Below are positions 61,789 to 64,000 of a stretch of 64,000 bases of DNA, piece after piece; the first letter of the stretch is position 1, and each line of letters begins with the position of its first letter. Source of the stretch: an uncultured delta proteobacterium (GTDB lineage: Bacteria; Myxococcota_A; Polyangia; Fen-1088). The stretch lies in the NCBI GenBank assembly GCA_963737265.1, contig CAVTRY010000011.1, forward strand, positions 960,001 through 1,024,000, given 5' to 3'. A program made the position numbers and the translations under genes. Under the pieces are notes generated by a model. That model was not told the origin of the DNA. It saw only the letters and a list, made by a program, of their open reading frames with translations, and searched no databases.

Positions 61789-62364
61789 CTATTTCGTCGC
61801 CAAGAGTCTGACCAGATCGCGCTTCAGCTTGGCGAAGGAAGGAACCATCTCGGCTGCATCGAGGTCGAAGACGCTCGCGAGTGCGGGCTGGTCGAGCGTC
61901 TCGCTGTAGCCGCGCGGCATCCTTGAATCAAGCCACCCCTTGGCGTCGCGCACGCTCTCAGGAGATTCCGGCGCAACTAGATCAGAAGGCAAACCACGCT
62001 GGCCCCGAAGCGATTCCGCAGCGCCCAGGAACCACGCCTCGAATTCCCGCTTGGCAACCACGACACTGAGCGGCCGATCGCGCCGCGCCTGCTCGACCTC
62101 TTCAAAAACCCGCGGGCCAAGCTGCGCCGGACAATCGTCGTCGGCATCGAGCAAGATCAACAATGCCCCACCGGGCGCCGTCTTGCGCGCCATCATCTCG
62201 ACCGCGCGTGCCAGCTCGTCCTGCTTCAGCATCTTGCCCCTGGGTAGACGAAACGGACGTGGAATTTCGACGTCTGTGATGCACTGCCGTGCGAGCAGCC
62301 GCCTGACCAAGATGGGGAATGCTTCCACTTCTCCATGGCCTTCGACGATGATGCCGATCCTCAT
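61789..62364 (-). CDS. DUF4276-like TOPRIM-fold protein
   Basis: IIVEGHGE, LLDADDDCP, KREFEAWFL, YSETLDQP; translationally coupled to the upstream ATPase. Confidence 0.8.
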   Translation of the reverse strand: MRIGIIVEGHGEVEAFPILVRRLLARQCITDVEIPRPFRLPRGKMLKQDELARAVEMMARKTAPGGALLILLDADDDCPAQLGPRVFEEVEQARRDRPLSVVVAKREFEAWFLGAAESLRGQRGLPSDLVAPESPESVRDAKGWLDSRMPRGYSETLDQPALASVFDLDAAEMVPSFAKLKRDLVRLLATK

Positions 62365-63557
62365 GGATTCCCGTCGAACAGGCCGAGCTGCGTTCCCTTG
62401 GGAATGCGCGTGTAATCGGGGGCGAGCTGGTTCTGCCGCAAAAGCTCGCCTGCCGTAAATAGGTGATCCCGAAGTGCATCGCAGGAAGCCTGGTCCAATT
62501 CCGTGATGAACGTCGTGCCGTCCTTGGCTTCGACGGCGCGGATGACATCAGGTGGGACGCGGCGGTCATCAAGCAGCTCCGCGCTGTGGCTGGTGGCAAG
62601 CACCTGAACGTCCCGGCTGGCCTCGAACAGGCAATCGCGCAGGACTGCAGCGGCAGCCGGGTGAAGCGCCGTCTCGGGCTCTTCGATCCCCACTAGGCGA
62701 ACAGCCTCGGTCGCGCCACACTGGAACAGGGCCACCAAAATGGCAGCTGCGCGCAATGTCCCGTCCGACATGTTGTTGGCCGGAAAGCGCCAGGGACTCC
62801 CAGAGCCGGCAATCTTCTGTCTGAACTCGACCGTCTCCATATGTCCGACGGCCATGTGCTCGAACCCGACGATTCCAGGCACAACCCGTTCCAAATACTC
62901 ATCGATCCTGTGCTTCAGATCCTGCTCGCCCGCTCGCTCCAGGCGCGCCGTCACGCTGGCCAGGTTCTTTCCGTCGCGTGACAGAATGTCGCCTTTGTCT
63001 GGCCCCTGCAGATTGCGAATCAATGCGGGATTGAGATTGTAGAAACCCATGTGAGTAAGGGCATCGAAGACTGGCCGAAACTCTGGCAAGCCGGCGGCGC
63101 TCACCAGGTACAGCCGATCCGGGCTAGCTGGCGGCGCCACCTGCGCAGAGGTTCTCGTCACCTGTCCTTCTTTGACCACGTAGAACGCACTGCCGACGTG
63201 ACATTCCTCGTGCTTGATCGCGAATTCCCCATGGGGGCGAGCCGCGACCTCGAAGGCAAAGTTGCCGCGTAGCTCATCCGAGATGGTGAAGTCCAGGCGA
63301 ATCCCAAAGTGCGTGGGATGTCCACTCGACCGACGGCGAACCTCCTGGATCCCGCCTCGCTCGCGAAGGGCATGATCGAGTGATGTGTTGAGTCCGTCTG
63401 AAACGAGACGAAGAGCATCGAGGAAGTTGCTCTTTCCCGCGCCATTGGCGCCCACGAGAAGAACCAGAGGCCCAAGGGACACCTCGCAACTCTCGATGCT
63501 GCGGAAGTTTTTCAGAACAACCCGGTTGATGAACACGGGTCTATGCGCAGATGGCAT
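62361..63557 (-). CDS. ABC/SMC-like AAA ATPase (AAA_21/AAA_15 type)
   Basis: LKNFRSI, GANGAGKSN, MSDGTLR, IEEPETALHP, TSHS. Confidence 0.9.
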   Translation of the reverse strand: MPSAHRPVFINRVVLKNFRSIESCEVSLGPLVLLVGANGAGKSNFLDALRLVSDGLNTSLDHALRERGGIQEVRRRSSGHPTHFGIRLDFTISDELRGNFAFEVAARPHGEFAIKHEECHVGSAFYVVKEGQVTRTSAQVAPPASPDRLYLVSAAGLPEFRPVFDALTHMGFYNLNPALIRNLQGPDKGDILSRDGKNLASVTARLERAGEQDLKHRIDEYLERVVPGIVGFEHMAVGHMETVEFRQKIAGSGSPWRFPANNMSDGTLRAAAILVALFQCGATEAVRLVGIEEPETALHPAAAAVLRDCLFEASRDVQVLATSHSAELLDDRRVPPDVIRAVEAKDGTTFITELDQASCDALRDHLFTAGELLRQNQLAPDYTRIPKGTQLGLFDGNP

Positions 63558-63630
63558 GTCGGATCTCCCTTCGGAACCTTCGATTTTGAGTGGAAAACCT
63601 ACCAGCCATGGCACCCGTCCACAAGCAAGG

Positions 63631-63885
63631 TCACGCCACCATTTCTTGGACCACGGCTTGGGCCAGCTTGGCGGCGCGATCTTCGGAGCGGCGGAGGGCG
63701 GCTTCGAGGGCGTCGCAGAGTTTCATCAGGTGCTCGACCTTGGCGACGATGCGCCTTTGTTCGGCGAGGGGCGGAAGGGGAACGCGCATCGACAGAATCA
63801 CCTGTCGGGAAATGTTCTTCATCGAGTCGCTGGTCCCCGATGCGATCTCCGGCACGACCATCGCCGTCGTCTTCGCTGCCGCCAC
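63631..63885 (-). pseudogene. hsdS: Type I RM specificity subunit, internally deleted (84 aa)
   Basis: GTSDSMKNI...VPLPPLAEQRRIVAKVEHLMKLCDALE conserved region; only ~14 residues precede it from a GTG overlapping the hsdM stop. Confidence 0.8.
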
Positions 63886-64000
63886 TATTTCGCTCCTTTG
63901 AGCGCCGCAGCCAACTCATCCCGCAGCATGTCCCGAATCCTCCCGGCTCCCGCCTCCGCGGCCTGGTACTCCTTCAACAGCGTATCCGCATCTCCCGGTC
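63885..64000 (-). CDS. hsdM: Probable 3' end of type I RM methyltransferase
   Basis: Manual translation PGDADTLLKEYQAAEAGAGRIRDMLRDELAAALKGAK-stop resembles the HsdM C-terminal helix; TAGTG overlap with hsdS. Confidence 0.55.
   Translation of the reverse strand, partial: PGDADTLLKEYQAAEAGAGRIRDMLRDELAAALKGAK

Noticed and set aside
1-64000. CRISPR array, tRNA or rRNA genes
   Set aside because: No regularly spaced repeats with unique spacers and no recognisable structural RNA seen by eye; tRNAscan/Infernal not run

Overview
GC-rich bacterial DNA, most consistent with a Myxococcota/Polyangia-like host (inferred from PEGA protein, Ser/Thr-TPR kinase, Gly/Ser-rich lipoproteins). 1-12 kb: housekeeping and envelope genes (uvrA 5' end, histidine kinase, M61 peptidase, yhbY, PNP, sodB). 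12.2-24.4 kb: a type VI secretion tail/baseplate operon (tagH, tssA-B-C-hcp-tagJ-tssE-F-G-H) with no recognisable tssJ/K/L/M in the window. 24.4-47.1 kb: an array of spike/effector modules: one full-length vgrG plus two 5'-truncated vgrG copies sharing a nucleotide-identical core but carrying different spike tips, seven DUF2169-like genes or fragments, three free-standing mini-spike proteins, three non-canonical PAAR-like effectors with adjacent membrane immunity candidates, and a ~4 kb tandem duplication with diverged effector/immunity cores. The layout resembles Rhs/CDI orphan cassette arrays, but at the level of VgrG tips. 47-56 kb: lipoprotein and membrane genes hit by two ISL3 copies. A 189-bp ISAs1-like MITE occurs twice (37.2 and 50.2 kb) with 10-bp target duplications. 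56-64 kb: two FHA genes, an amidase/M23-like protein and a decaying defence island (RloB and GIY-YIG-like remnants, ATPase + DUF4276-like pair, internally deleted hsdS, hsdM 3' end). Several single-base frameshifts may be sequencing errors. All family assignments are from motif recognition by eye, not database searches.
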